Shown one piece after another: positions 24,037-36,282 of a DNA stretch of 64,000 nt (position 1 is the stretch's first letter; each line of letters begins with the position of its first letter). The DNA is from Ranitomeya imitator (taxonomy: Eukaryota). The stretch spans positions 176,700,001-176,764,000 of the forward strand of contig NC_091284.1 of the NCBI RefSeq assembly GCF_032444005.1, in the 5' to 3' direction. The translations under genes and the position numbers were made by a program. Below the pieces are notes generated by a model, which saw only the letters and a list, made by a program, of their open reading frames with translations, did not search any database and was not told the origin of the DNA.

Positions 24037-27000
24037 TGTTATGGCTGGCAATCAGGCAACACAGCGTGCAGTAATCAGCGCACATACAGAGATCTGGCAA
24101 TAACCCAAAACAATAGGACGAGCTCTGAGACGTGGAATCTCTGTAGACTGCAGTACCTGATCTATCCTCACACAACTGGAAGCAGCAGTGGATTGCGCCT
24201 ATCCACTACCTATGCAACTCGGCACTGCCTGAGGAGCTGACTAGCCTGAAGATAGAAATACAAGCCTGACTTACCTCAGAGAAATACCCCAAAGGAATAG
24301 GCAGCCCCCACATATAATGACTGTTAGCAAGATGAAAAGACAAACGTAGGAATGAAATAGATTCAGCAAAGTGAGGCCCGATATTCTAGACAGAGCGAGG
24401 ATAGCAAAGAGAACTATGCAGTCTACAAAAAACCCTAAAACGAAAACCACGCAAAGGGGCAAAAAGACCCACCGTGCCGAGCTAACAGCACGGCGGTGCA
24501 CCCCTTTGCTTCTCAGAGCTTCCAGCAAAAAATAATAACAAGCTGGACAGAAAAAACAGAAAACAAACTAGAAGCACTTATCTAGCAGAGCAGCAGGCCC
24601 AAGGAAAGATGCAGTAGCTCAGATCCAACACTGGAACATTGACAAGGAGCAAGGAAGACAGACTCAGGTGGAGCTAAATAGCAAGGCAGCCAACGAGCTC
24701 ACCAAAACACCTGAGGGAGGAAGCCCAGAGACTGCAATACCACTTGTGACCACAGAAGTGAACTCAGCCACAGAATTCACAACAGTACCCCCCCCTTGAG
24801 GAGGGGTCACCGAACCCTCACCAGAACCCCCAGGCCGACCAGGATGAGCCACATGAAAGGCACGAACAAGATCTGGGGCATGGACATCAGAGGCAAAAAC
24901 CCAGGAATTATCTTCCTGAGCATAACCCTTCCATTTGACCAGATACTGGAGTCTCCGTCTAGAGACACGAGAATCCAAAATCTTCTCCACAATATACTCC
25001 AATTCCCCCTCCACCAAAACAGGGGCAGGAGGCTCCACAGATGGAACCATAGGTGCCACGTATCTCCTCAACAACGACCTATGGAATACATTATGTATGG
25101 AAAAGGAGTCTGGGAGGGTCAGACGAAAAGACACCGGATTGAGAATCTCAGAAATCCTATACGGACCAATAAAACGAGGTTTAAATTTAGGAGAGGAAAC
25201 CTTCATAGGTATATGACGAGAAGATAACCAAACCAGATCCCCAACACGAAGTCGGGGTCCCACACGGCGTCTGCGATTAGCGAAAAGCTGAGCCTTCTCC
25301 TGGGACAAGGTCAAATTGTCCACTACCTGAGTCCAGATCTGCTGCAACCTGTCCACCACATTATCCACACCAGGACAGTCCGAAGACTCAACCTGTCCTG
25401 AAGAGAAACGAGGATGGAACCCAGAATTGCAGAAAAATGGAGAGACCAAGGTAGCCGAGCTGGCCCGATTATTAAGGGCGAACTCAGCCAACGGCAAAAA
25501 TGACACCCAATCATCCTGGTCAGCGGAAACAAAACATCTCAGATATGTTTCCAAGGTCTGATTGGTTCGTTCGGTCTGGCCATTAGTCTGAGGATGGAAG
25601 GCCGAGGAAAAAGATAGGTCAATGCCCATCCTACCACAAAAGGCTCGCCAGAACCTCGAGACAAACTGGGAACCTCTGTCAGAAACAATATTCTCAGGAA
25701 TGCCATGTAAACGAACCACATGCTGGAAGAACAAAGGCACCAAATCAGAGGAGGAAGGCAATTTAACCAAGGGCACCAGATGGACCATTTTAGAAAAGCG
25801 ATCACAGACCACCCAAATGACAGACATCTTTTGAGAAACGGGAAGGTCAGAAATGAAATCCATCGAAATATGTGTCCAAGGCCTCTTCGGGACCGGCAAG
25901 GGCAAAAGCAACCCACTGGCACGTGAACAGCAGGGCTTAGCCCTAGCACAAATTCCACAGGACTGCACAAAAGCACGCACATCCCGTGACAGAGATGGCC
26001 ACCAGAAGGATCTAGCAACCAACTCCCTGGTACCAAAGATTCCTGGATGACCGGCCAGCACCGAACAATGAAGTTCAGAGATAACTTTACTAGTCCACCT
26101 ATCAGGGACGAACAGTTTCTCGGCCGGACAACGATCAGGTTTATTAGCCTGAAATTTCTGCAACACTCTCCGCAAATCAGGGGAGATGGCAGACACAATG
26201 ACTCCTTCCTTGAGGATACTCGCCGGCTCAGATAACCCCGGAGAGTCGGGCACAAAACTCCTAGACAGAGCATCCGCCTTCACATTTTTAGAGCCCGGAA
26301 GGTATGAAATCACAAAATCAAAACGAGCAAAAAACAACGACCAACGGGCCTGTCTAGGATTCAAGCGCTTGGCAGACTCAAGATAAGTAAGGTTCTTATG
26401 ATCAGTCAAAACCACCACGCGATGCTTAGCACCCTCAAGCCAATGACGCCACTCCTCGAATGCCCACTTCATGGCCAGCAACTCTCGGTTGCCCACATCA
26501 TAATTACGCTCAGCAGCAGAAAATTTCCTGGAAAAGAAAGCACATGGTTTGAACACTGAGCAACCAGAACCTCTCTGTGACAAAACCGCCCCTGCACCAA
26601 TCTCAGAAGCATCAACCTCGACCTGGAACGGAAGAGAAACATCAGGTTGACACAACACAGGGGCACAGCAAAAACGACGCTTCAACTCCTGAAAAGCTTC
26701 CACGGCAGCAGAAGACCAATTAACCAAATCAGCACCCTTCTTGGTCAAATCGGTCAATGGTCTGGCAATGCTAGAAAAATTACAGATGAAGCGACGATAA
26801 AAATTAGCAAAGCCCAGGAATTTCTGCAAACTTTTTAGAGATGTCGGCTGAGTCCAATCCTGGATGGCCTGAACCTTAACCGGATCCATCTCGATAGTAG
26901 AAGGGGAAAAGATGAACCCCAAAAATGAAACTTTCTGCACACCGAAGAGACACTTTGATCCCTTCACGAACAAGGAATTAGCACGCAGTACCTGGAAAAC

Positions 27001-29724
27001 CATTCTGACTTGCTTCACATGAGACTCCCAATCATCTGAGAAGATCAAAATGTCATCCAAGTAAACAATCAAGAATTTATCCAGATACTCACGGAAAATG
27101 TCATGCATAAAAGACTGAAAAACAGATGGAGCATTGGCAAGTCCGAACGGCATCACCAGATACTCAAAATGACCCTCGGGCGTATTAAATGCCGTCTTCC
27201 ATTCATCTCCCTGCCTGATTCTCACCAGATTATACGCACCACGAAGATCAATCTTAGTAAACCAACTAGCCCCCTTAATCCGAGCAAACAAGTCAGAAAT
27301 CAATGGCAAGGGATACTGAAACTTAACAGTGATCTTATTAAGAAGGCGGTAATCAATACACGGTCTTAGCGAACCATCCTTCTTGGCTACAAAAAAGAAC
27401 CCTGCTCCCAATGGTGACGACGATGGGCGAATATGTCCCTTCTCCAGGGACTCCTTCACATAACTGCGCATAGCGGTGTGTTCAGGTACGGACAAATTAA
27501 ATAAACGACCCTTAGGGAATTTACTACCAGGAATCAAATCGATAGCACAATCACAATTCCTATGCGGAGGAAGGGCATCAGACTTGGACTCTTCAAATAC
27601 ATCCTGAAAGTCCGACAAGAACTCTGGGATGTCAGAAGGAATGGATGACGAAATAGACAAAAATGGAACATCACCATGTACTCCCTGACAACCCCAGCTG
27701 GTTACCGACATAGAGTTCCAATCCAATACTGGATTATGGGTTTGTAGCCATGGCAACCCCAACACGACCACATCATGCAAATTATGCAGTACCAAAAAGC
27801 GAATAACTTCCTGATGTGCAGGAGCCATGCACATGGTCAGCTGGGCCCAGTACTGAGGCTTATTCTTGGCCAGAGGTGTAGCATCAATTCCTCTCAACGG
27901 AATAGGACACCGCAAAGGCTCCAAGAAAAATCCACAACGTTTAGCATAATCCAAATCCATCAGATTCAGGGCAGCGCCTGAATCCACAAACGCCATGACA
28001 GAATATGATGACAAAGAGCACATTAAGGTAATGGACAAAAGGAATTTGGACTGTACAGTACCAATAACGGCAGAGCTATCGAACCGCCTAGTGCGTTTAG
28101 GACAATTAGAAATAGCATGAGTAGAATCACCACAATAGAATCACAGTCTGTTCAGACGTCTGTGTTCGTGCCGTTCTACTTTAGTCATAGTCCTGTCGCA
28201 CTGCATAGGCTCAGGTTTACTCTCAGACAATACCGCCAGATGGTGCACAGATTTACGCTCGCGCAAGCGACGACCGATCTGAATGGCCAAGGACATAGAC
28301 TCATTCAAACCAGCAGGCATAGGAAATCCCACCATTACATCCTTAAGAGCTTCAGAGAGACCCTTTCTGAACAAAGCCGCTAGTGCAGATTCATTCCACA
28401 GAGTGAGCACTGACCATTTTCTAAATTTCTGACAATATACTTCTACATCATCCTGACCCTGGCATAAAGCCAGCAGATTTTTCTCAGCTTGATCCACTGA
28501 ATTAGGCTCATCGTAAAGCAATCCCAGCGCCTGGAAAAATGCATCAACATTACTCAATGCAGAATCTCCTGGTGCAAGAGAAAACGCCCAGTCCTGTGGG
28601 TCGCCGCGCAAAAAAGAAATAATAATCAAAACCTGTTGAATAGGATTACCAGAAGAATGAGGTTTCAAGGCCAAAAATAGCTTACAATTATTTCTGAAGC
28701 TCAGGAACTTAGTTCTGTCACCAAAAAACAAATCAGGAATCGGAATTCTTGGTTCTAGCATCGATTTCTGATCAATAGTATCTTGAATCTTTTGTACATT
28801 TACAACGAGATTATCCATTGAGGAGCACAGAGCCTGAATATCCATGTCCACAGCTGTGTCCTGAAGCACTCTAATGTCTAGGGGAAAAAAAAGACTGAAG
28901 ACAGAGCTAAGAAAAAAAAATGATGTCAGGATTTCTTTTTTCCCTCTATTGGAAATCATTGAATGGCTCCTTGTACTGTTATGGCTGGCAATCAGGCAAC
29001 ACAGCGTGCAGTAATCAGCGCACATACAGAGATCTGGCAATAACCCAAAACAATAGGACGAGCTCTGAGACGTGGAATCTCTGTAGACTGCAGTACCTGA
29101 TCTATCCTCACACAACTGGAAGCAGCAGTGGATTGCGCCTATCCACTACCTATGCAACTCGGCACTGCCTGAGGAGCTGACTAGCCTGAAGATAGAAATA
29201 CAAGCCTGACTTACCTCAGAGAAATACCCCAAAGGAATAGGCAGCCCCCACATATAATGACTGTTAGCAAGATGAAAAGACAAACGTAGGAATGAAATAG
29301 ATTCAGCAAAGTGAGGCCCGATATTCTAGACAGAGCGAGGATAGCAAAGAGAACTATGCAGTCTACAAAAAACCCTAAAACGAAAACCACGCAAAGGGGC
29401 AAAAAGACCCACCGTGCCGAGCTAACAGCACGGCGGTGCACCCCTTTGCTTCTCAGAGCTTCCAGCAAAAAATAATAACAAGCTGGACAGAAAAAACAGA
29501 AAACAAACTAGAAGCACTTATCTAGCAGAGCAGCAGGCCCAAGGAAAGATGCAGTAGCTCAGATCCAACACTGGAACATTGACAAGGAGCAAGGAAGACA
29601 GACTCAGGTGGAGCTAAATAGCAAGGCAGCCAACGAGCTCACCAAAACACCTGAGGGAGGAAGCCCAGAGACTGCAATACCACTTGTGACCACAGAAGTG
29701 AACTCAGCCACAGAATTCACAACA
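24037..29724 (-). mobile_element. Very young chromovirus Gypsy, family G2
   Basis: 748-bp LTRs 24037-24784 and 28977-29724 with no difference seen by eye, ccaatc/ccaatc flanks, PPT next to 24785. Confidence 0.98.
24664..28845 (-). pseudogene. G2 single-frame gag-pol (1393 codons) with one internal TGA at 28141-28143
   Basis: ORFs 28141-29115 and 24664-28038 are in the same frame; all domains through the chromodomain are intact. Confidence 0.93.
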
Positions 29725-32705
29725 CCAATCATCCTGTAGGTGGCAGATAAAGCAGCGGAGATACTGCTCCAGGGTCTGGTTGGTCCGTTCTGTCTGGCCA
29801 TTATTTATATTAGTCTGAGGATGAAAGGCAGAAGAAAGATTTACTTTAATGTCCAATGCGGCACAGAAATTCTGCCAAAACCTTGAAGTGAATTGCATCC
29901 CTCGATCAGAAATGACCTCATCAGGTAGTCCATGCAAGTGAAACACATCTTGAATTATTAAATCTGCAGTCTGTTTAGCAGTGGGTAAGCCTCTATTGCC
30001 CACGTCGTAGTTCTTTTCTGCTGCACACAACCTCTGTGAAAAAAAAAGCACAGGGATGCAAAACATTCTTCTCACCTGTTCTCTGGGAGAGTATAGCTCC
30101 GATGGCACAGTCAGAAGCATCCACCTCTACTATGAAGGCCAGTTCAGGGTTGGGATGCACTAGGATAGGTGCTGTGGTAAATTTACTCTTCAGGTGAGAA
30201 AACGCTTCTTGGGCTTGAGGAGTCCAGGTGAAGATAGATCTGTTATGGGTAAGTTGCGTGATTAGTGACACTACCTCAGAAAAGTGCCTAATAAAACGGC
30301 TGTAAAAATTGGCAAACCCGATGAAGCGCTGTACTTCCTTCACATTCTTAGGAACTGGCCAGTTCTTGATGGCTTGGGTCATACTTTCATCCATACAAAT
30401 TCCTCGTGATGACATTACATACCCCAAAAATTGAATCTCGGTCTGATGGAAATCGCATTTTTCAAGTTTGATATAGAAATGATTCTGTCGTAGGCGTTCT
30501 AAGACCAACTTCACATGTCCATGATGTTCCTCTGTAGAGTTAGAAAAAATCAAAATGTCATCTAAATAAATCACTACAAAAGTATCCAAAAGATCCCTGA
30601 AAATGTCGTTCACTAAATGTTGGAAAGTTGCTGGGGCATTAAACAGACCGAAGGGCATGACTAAGTCTTCACAATGTCCATAACGTGATCTGAATATGGT
30701 CTTCCATTCATCCCCAGGTCTAATACGGACCAAATTATTGGCCCCACGGAGATCCAGTTTAGAGAAAATTTTGGCATGCCGTACTCTCTCCAATAACTCA
30801 GGGATCAAAGGCAGTGGGTAACGGTTTCTGATAGTAACCTTATTAAGCTCCCAGTAATCTATGCAGGGTCTAAGAGATCCATCTTTCTTCTTCACAAAGA
30901 AGATGGGTGCACCTCCAGAAGATGAGGAGTGGCGTATGAAGCCTTTGGCTAAATTCTCATCAATATAGTCCTTCAAAGCCTTTAGCTCGGGCCCTGCCAA
31001 AGGGTAGATCTTACCAAAGGGTATACCTGCTCCTGGCAAGAGTTCAATTGGACAATCGTATGGACGATGAGGGGGAAGCTGGTCAGCGTTCCTCTTGTCA
31101 CATACATTGGCATACTCATGGTACATAGCTGGTAGTTCAGAAAGCGTTGAGGATCCCTCAGGAACAGCACAAGCTGCAACTTCTGGACCTATCTGTTTCT
31201 TCGGGAAGTGCAGCTCCTTCCTTGGTCTCCCAGTTAATTGTAGGGTTCTGAGCCTGCAGCCATGGCAGCCCTAAAATGATGGGAAAATGGGGAGAAGCGA
31301 TAAGCATAAAAGGCAGTCTTCTTGATGATTTTTACCCATGAACACCTTCAAGGGTTCCGTCTCCTGATCCACTGGTCCAGAGTTTAACAGGGAAGCCATC
31401 CACAGTCTCCATCTGTACAGGAGTAGCCTTCTGCACAGGACGTATCCCATGTTTCTGGGCAAAAGAGATGTCCATAAAATTGCCGCTTGCCCCTGAGTCA
31501 ATCATGGCAGAGCTACACACCCATACCGAGTCAACCCAGAGTTTGATGGAGAGTGAGCAATGAGAGTTGTTCTTCTTACAGCTCAACTGGGATACCGGTG
31601 GGGAAACTTGAAAAAATGCTGCATTGATACAATCATCGGGCTCTGAAATAATGGAGTTTAAGTCCGAGAAGTCAGTATCTATAGCTGCAGATCTCCCCAG
31701 AACTTGAGATTCGGATTTGACAGATCCCCTTTCGCAGCACTCACAGTGTATGACTGCTGCAGCAGTCTTACGAGAATGGTTGGGGCAGCTTGTAGTGAAG
31801 TGCCCTGACTTACCACAATAGAAACATAGATTTTCTTTTAGTTGATGTTCCTTGCGGGCATCACTCACCCATCTCTGTAAGGAGTCCACCTGCATTGGTT
31901 CAGGTTCTGGTTCCCATGTGGTCCGGCTCACAGACTCCTTAGCTGGGGAGGAAGGCAGGAAATGATTAGGAAGATTAATTTCAGACCATCTCTCTTGTCT
32001 GCGTTCAGTAAGACGGGCATCAATACGGATGCAGTAGTTAATAAAGTCTCCCAACGCGGTGGGAGGGTCGGCACGAGCAAGTTCGTCCTTAATCATTGGA
32101 GACAGTCCTTTACGGAAAATGGATTTTTTTGCGGAACTGTCCCAAGTAGTATCGAGAGCCCATCTCCTGAAATCCAAGGCATATTCAGCTACTGAGCGCT
32201 TACCTTGGCGCAAAGCCAACATGGCTGCGTCAGCTTTTGCATCTCGGTTTGGGTCATCAAAAACCTACCCCATGGCTGAAATGAAAGCTTCCAAATTATT
32301 TAGACATTCATCCTCAGTCTCAATCAGGGGGTTTGCCCACATCAGAGCTTTGTTGGAGAGCAGCATGATTATGGTTAGCACCTTGGATCGTTCAGAGAGA
32401 AATTGTGAAGCATGAGCAGAGAAAAACAGTTTGCATTGATTAATAAATCCCCTAAAATGTTTTCGTTCACCGCCAAAACGGAAAGGTGGCAACTTTGGAA
32501 ACCCAGAACATGGGGGTGTTGATGATACCAGGACTCGTTCCTCCAGAGCCTCAATCCTGGTTCGCAATTCCTGCGTATTTTGTCTGAAAATTTGCAAATT
32601 GTGATTATTAAGATCTTGCTGGCTTGCAAAGCTGGTCTTCAGAGCCTGAATATCCGCAAGAATCTTATCAGTAACTCCACATAAGTCTTTTACACGAGCC
32701 TCCAT
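29725..32705 (-). pseudogene. G3 gag-PR-RT-partial RH-partial IN (frameshifts, large deletion near 29995)
   Basis: CFYCGKSGHFTTSC, DSGASGNF, YLDD; NYDVGNR is fused directly to LPTAKQTA of integrase. Confidence 0.9.
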
Positions 32706-33020
32706 CTTCCCAGATACTTTACGGCAGAAAAGCTGGAGGGGAAAAGAGAGCGCACAATAGTGTTTACCTGTGGTAACACACCTTGCTGAAAAAAGGGAAT
32801 GCGCTCACCTGAAATGGTTGTGAGAAGTCACAACCACTGTCATCACAGAATGTATAAATTAATATCTTCCCAGATCCTTTAAGATAGAAATACTGAAATG
32901 GTTGTGAGAAGTCAAAACCACTATCATCACAGAAGGTATAACTGGATATCTGGCATTCACGGTGCACAGTAGACTCGGTGTTCCCAGACCCAGCAGACAC
33001 TAACGTTGGCTTCAGAATCT

Positions 33021-33753
33021 TGTCAAATATAAAACACAGTCTGTATAGAGTCTTGTGCTTGGGTGCAAGGAAACACAGAAGACACAGGCTTGTTTAAGTA
33101 GTTCTTGTATTACTTCATACAAGTAAGGGTTAACACAGTTGCAGGCAGGAGACAACACAGGCAGGTTCCTCACACCAAAAATTCCCTCTGGTTCATGACC
33201 CTTGTGGTAACTATGACAGAGAATGTCTTTTAGATTCCGACTTCTACGGTGTGTGATGGAGGGTGATGAAGAGATATGTTCAGCAAGAATTCGGTCCTGT
33301 CTAATCAAGGGCTAGTATTTCTCTAAAGCCATTCTAACAGCAGATGAATTGTTACAAAGGGTAGAAATAATTCTCACCTGGGGGTGGGAAGGAGTTTTAC
33401 ATCTGCTTTTCAAAAGGTCCTCTCTTTTCACAGTCGACGCTCTAACATCTATGGATGGTACGTCTAGAGTATCCACGTTCTTCAAATCGTCCGTATAGAT
33501 CCACCACCTGCTTTTGATATGCACTCTCTTCAGAGCAGATCTGCTTGGCTCTAAGGAATTGGCCATATGGTATATTATGTTTGAGATGCGCAGGGTGGGC
33601 CGATGAGGCATGCAATAGGCTGTTCACAGCTGTTTCTTTCCGAAAAAGGTCACTTTGCAGGAAGCCGTCCTTTCCTCTATAGATCCTTGTATCTAAAAAC
33701 TCGACATCGTTGCGGCTGTAATGACAAGTGAGTTTTATGTTATGGTCATTTCT
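33021..33753 (-). other. Ectopic duplication: about 590 bp of Penelope RT/linker plus the last 145 bp of the G3 LTR
   Basis: 33166-33753 matches 16680-17269; 33021-33165 matches the LTR end. Confidence 0.85.
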
Positions 33754-34286
33754 TGTCAAATATAAAATACAGTCTGTATAGAGTCTTGTGCTTGGGTGCA
33801 AGGAAACACAGAAGACACAGGCTTGTTTAAGTAGTTCTTGTATTAATTCATACAAGTAAGGGTTAACACAGTTGCAGGCAGGAGACAAGACAGGCAGGAA
33901 TAAACCTTAAGTCCATCTAGTCACAGAAACAGGTTAAAGGTTCTCTCTCTACTTCCCTTGCCAATGTTGATGGTAAGCTGAGGGATTCCTGAGTCCACAC
34001 ATGTCCAATGATCTGAAGTAGAAGGTGGTTAGGATAACAAGTCCAAGTCTTCCAGGAGCAAGGAGACAGGTAAATTGCAGACTTGATTCTGAAGCACTGA
34101 TTAAACAGCTGATGCTGCTTAAAAGGGCAAGTGGCAGAGAACAGGGCGGAAACATTGAAACTGAGAACTCCATGCTGGTTAAGGGCAAAGTAGACACAGC
34201 AGAACAGAAAGCAAAATGGCCGACAGGAAAAAACTAGGTTCTATTAAAAAAAACAGCAGATATAGCAAATTGACTAAAACCTTACA

Positions 34287-36282
34287 CTTCTATTCAGTTG
34301 TTCCACAAACTGGAGGAGTTCGCCCTCAATACCCTGCCATACTGCAAAAATGTCATCAATATACCTTGTCCATAGTAAGACCTTGGAGGCCAGGTATGTG
34401 GGGTCCATGACGAAGGTTTGCCTCTCCCACAACCCCAGGAACAGACACGCATAGGACGGCGCAAAGGCCACCCCCATGGCTGTCCCCTGGAGCTGTAGGT
34501 AGCGGGCCTCCTTGAAAATGAAGTAGTTGTGGGACAACGCAAACTCAAGAAGAGACAACAAGAATTTAACCAGCCGCTCATCCATATCAGTAGTATTAAG
34601 GAAGAAGTTGACAGCTTCAAGACCATCACTGTGACGAATTGAGGTGTAAAGTGATTCAACATCCAAAGTTAGTAACCACATGTCAGATTCCAGGTACACA
34701 TTGGAGATTTTCGAAAGTATATCCCCAGTGTCCTTCAAGAATGAGGGGAGGGTCTCTACAATAGGTTTAAGATGATGATCCAATAGCTTACCTATCTCCT
34801 CAGATAAACCACTATTCCCAGATATGATGGGGCGACCTGGTGGACATGTGAGATTTTTATGGACCTTGGGTAGCAGATATAAGCAAGGTGTTCTTGGGAA
34901 TGCAGGTATCAAGTTGTCCCTCCAATAATTTGGGATAACACCATCCAAAAACACATCCTCCAGGATATCATTCAGTTCAGCCTGAAAAGCAGAGGTGAGG
35001 CTAAAGGTCAACCTCTTATAATTTTCGACATCTTTTAGCTGTCGAAAAGCCTCTTTCTCAAAGAGGTTAGTTGGCCACACAACCACGTTACCCCCCTTGT
35101 CTGCCTGCTTTATTACCACCCCTTTCAGTTTCCCCAAATCTGCTAGTGCAGTCCTCTGTTCCCTAGTAAGGTTGTCATTTTGTATACGCCAGGGTATCCT
35201 TCTGAATTCTTCAGTGACCATCCTAACGAATAGTTCGATCTCTGGAAACAGGCTAAGAGTGGGAAAATTTTTTGTCTTTGAAGTTTCAAACTTACCTATA
35301 ATCAAAGTAGGTTCAGGAGTGGGATGAAGGTCATCACACAATTCATTAAGAATAGATATTGCTTCCTGTTCCTTCGGTGTCCATTGTGGGTCGATCAATT
35401 TCTTTGCATGTAGTTTTTTAAAGCTAATTTTCTCGCAAACAGATGTTAATCTTTCACTGCAGTGAAAAAATCAAATGATGAAATTGGAGAAAAAGAAAGA
35501 CCCAAACCAAGTACCTCAATCTGTGGTTCGGTTAAATTGACCTGGGATAAATTCAGTACCTTTAATCGTGAGGGTCCAGGATTGGCCTCCGTGGTGCGTT
35601 TCTTCGCATTAGTCTTCCTTGGGTGGTATCCACTTTTGCGTTTTGTTCGAATTGTGGAAAAAGATCGTTGAATATCTATAGATTCAGATCTTTCATCAAC
35701 AGACGAAATAGAGGAAAAAGAGGCCGAACGTGTATTACTCTGTGATTTGTACCATCTATATACAGAGTTTGTTTTAAAGTCTTGTACGTCACGACGAGCA
35801 ACCTTCTTTGCTTTAACCTCTTGTATTTCTTTCTCCCAACTTGCATAATGCTTGTCCAAGTCTTTATGAAACGCCTCAGGGTCAGTAGGATTTAGGGAGT
35901 CAGTCAACTTCTTCTGTAAGGTTTCAATTTCGCCCTCCATAATTTCAAGGCTCTTCTTATTTAGGCCAATTAATAGTTCAATAATTGACCGAGAGCAAAT
36001 ATTACATGACTCCTCCCATCTAGATCTGAAAAGTGTATCTTCGACAGGAAAGGAGGGTAAAATTTTAGCCCTTAATCCTCTAGGTATCATATTTTTGGCT
36101 AGGTAACCCTCCAATGAGGCTTTATTCCACCATGTTCGCATTCGTTATTTCAACAAGGCTTTTAAAGAATTCTTAGCTTAAGTTACAGCTCCATTCTCAA
36201 TTCCACCACCAGATGTCACTTCACCCTTAAAAATAGCATCAACATGTGCCAGCCAGGATTGATCCCGTGCTTTTAAATCCAT
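34287..36282 (-). pseudogene. Penelope (Neptune-like) N-terminal domain and reverse transcriptase
   Basis: IPRGLR, KQADKGGNVVVW, YLLPKVHK..PPGRPIIS, LDVESLYTSI, GTAMG, RYIDD; broken by stops and frameshifts. Confidence 0.93.

Larger units (their letters stand above)
17270..34286 (-). mobile_element. Decayed sushi/chromovirus Gypsy, family G3, inserted in Penelope RT and hosting Gmr1 and G2
   Basis: LTRs 33754-34286 (5') and 17270-17804 (3'), PPT at 17805-17816, TSD tttct/cttct. The empty site is visible at 49270-49290. Confidence 0.9.

Noticed and set aside
29725-32705. PEG10/RTL1-like domesticated gene
   Set aside because: It has LTRs, a TSD, frameshifts and a large deletion; it is an ordinary dead retrotransposon.
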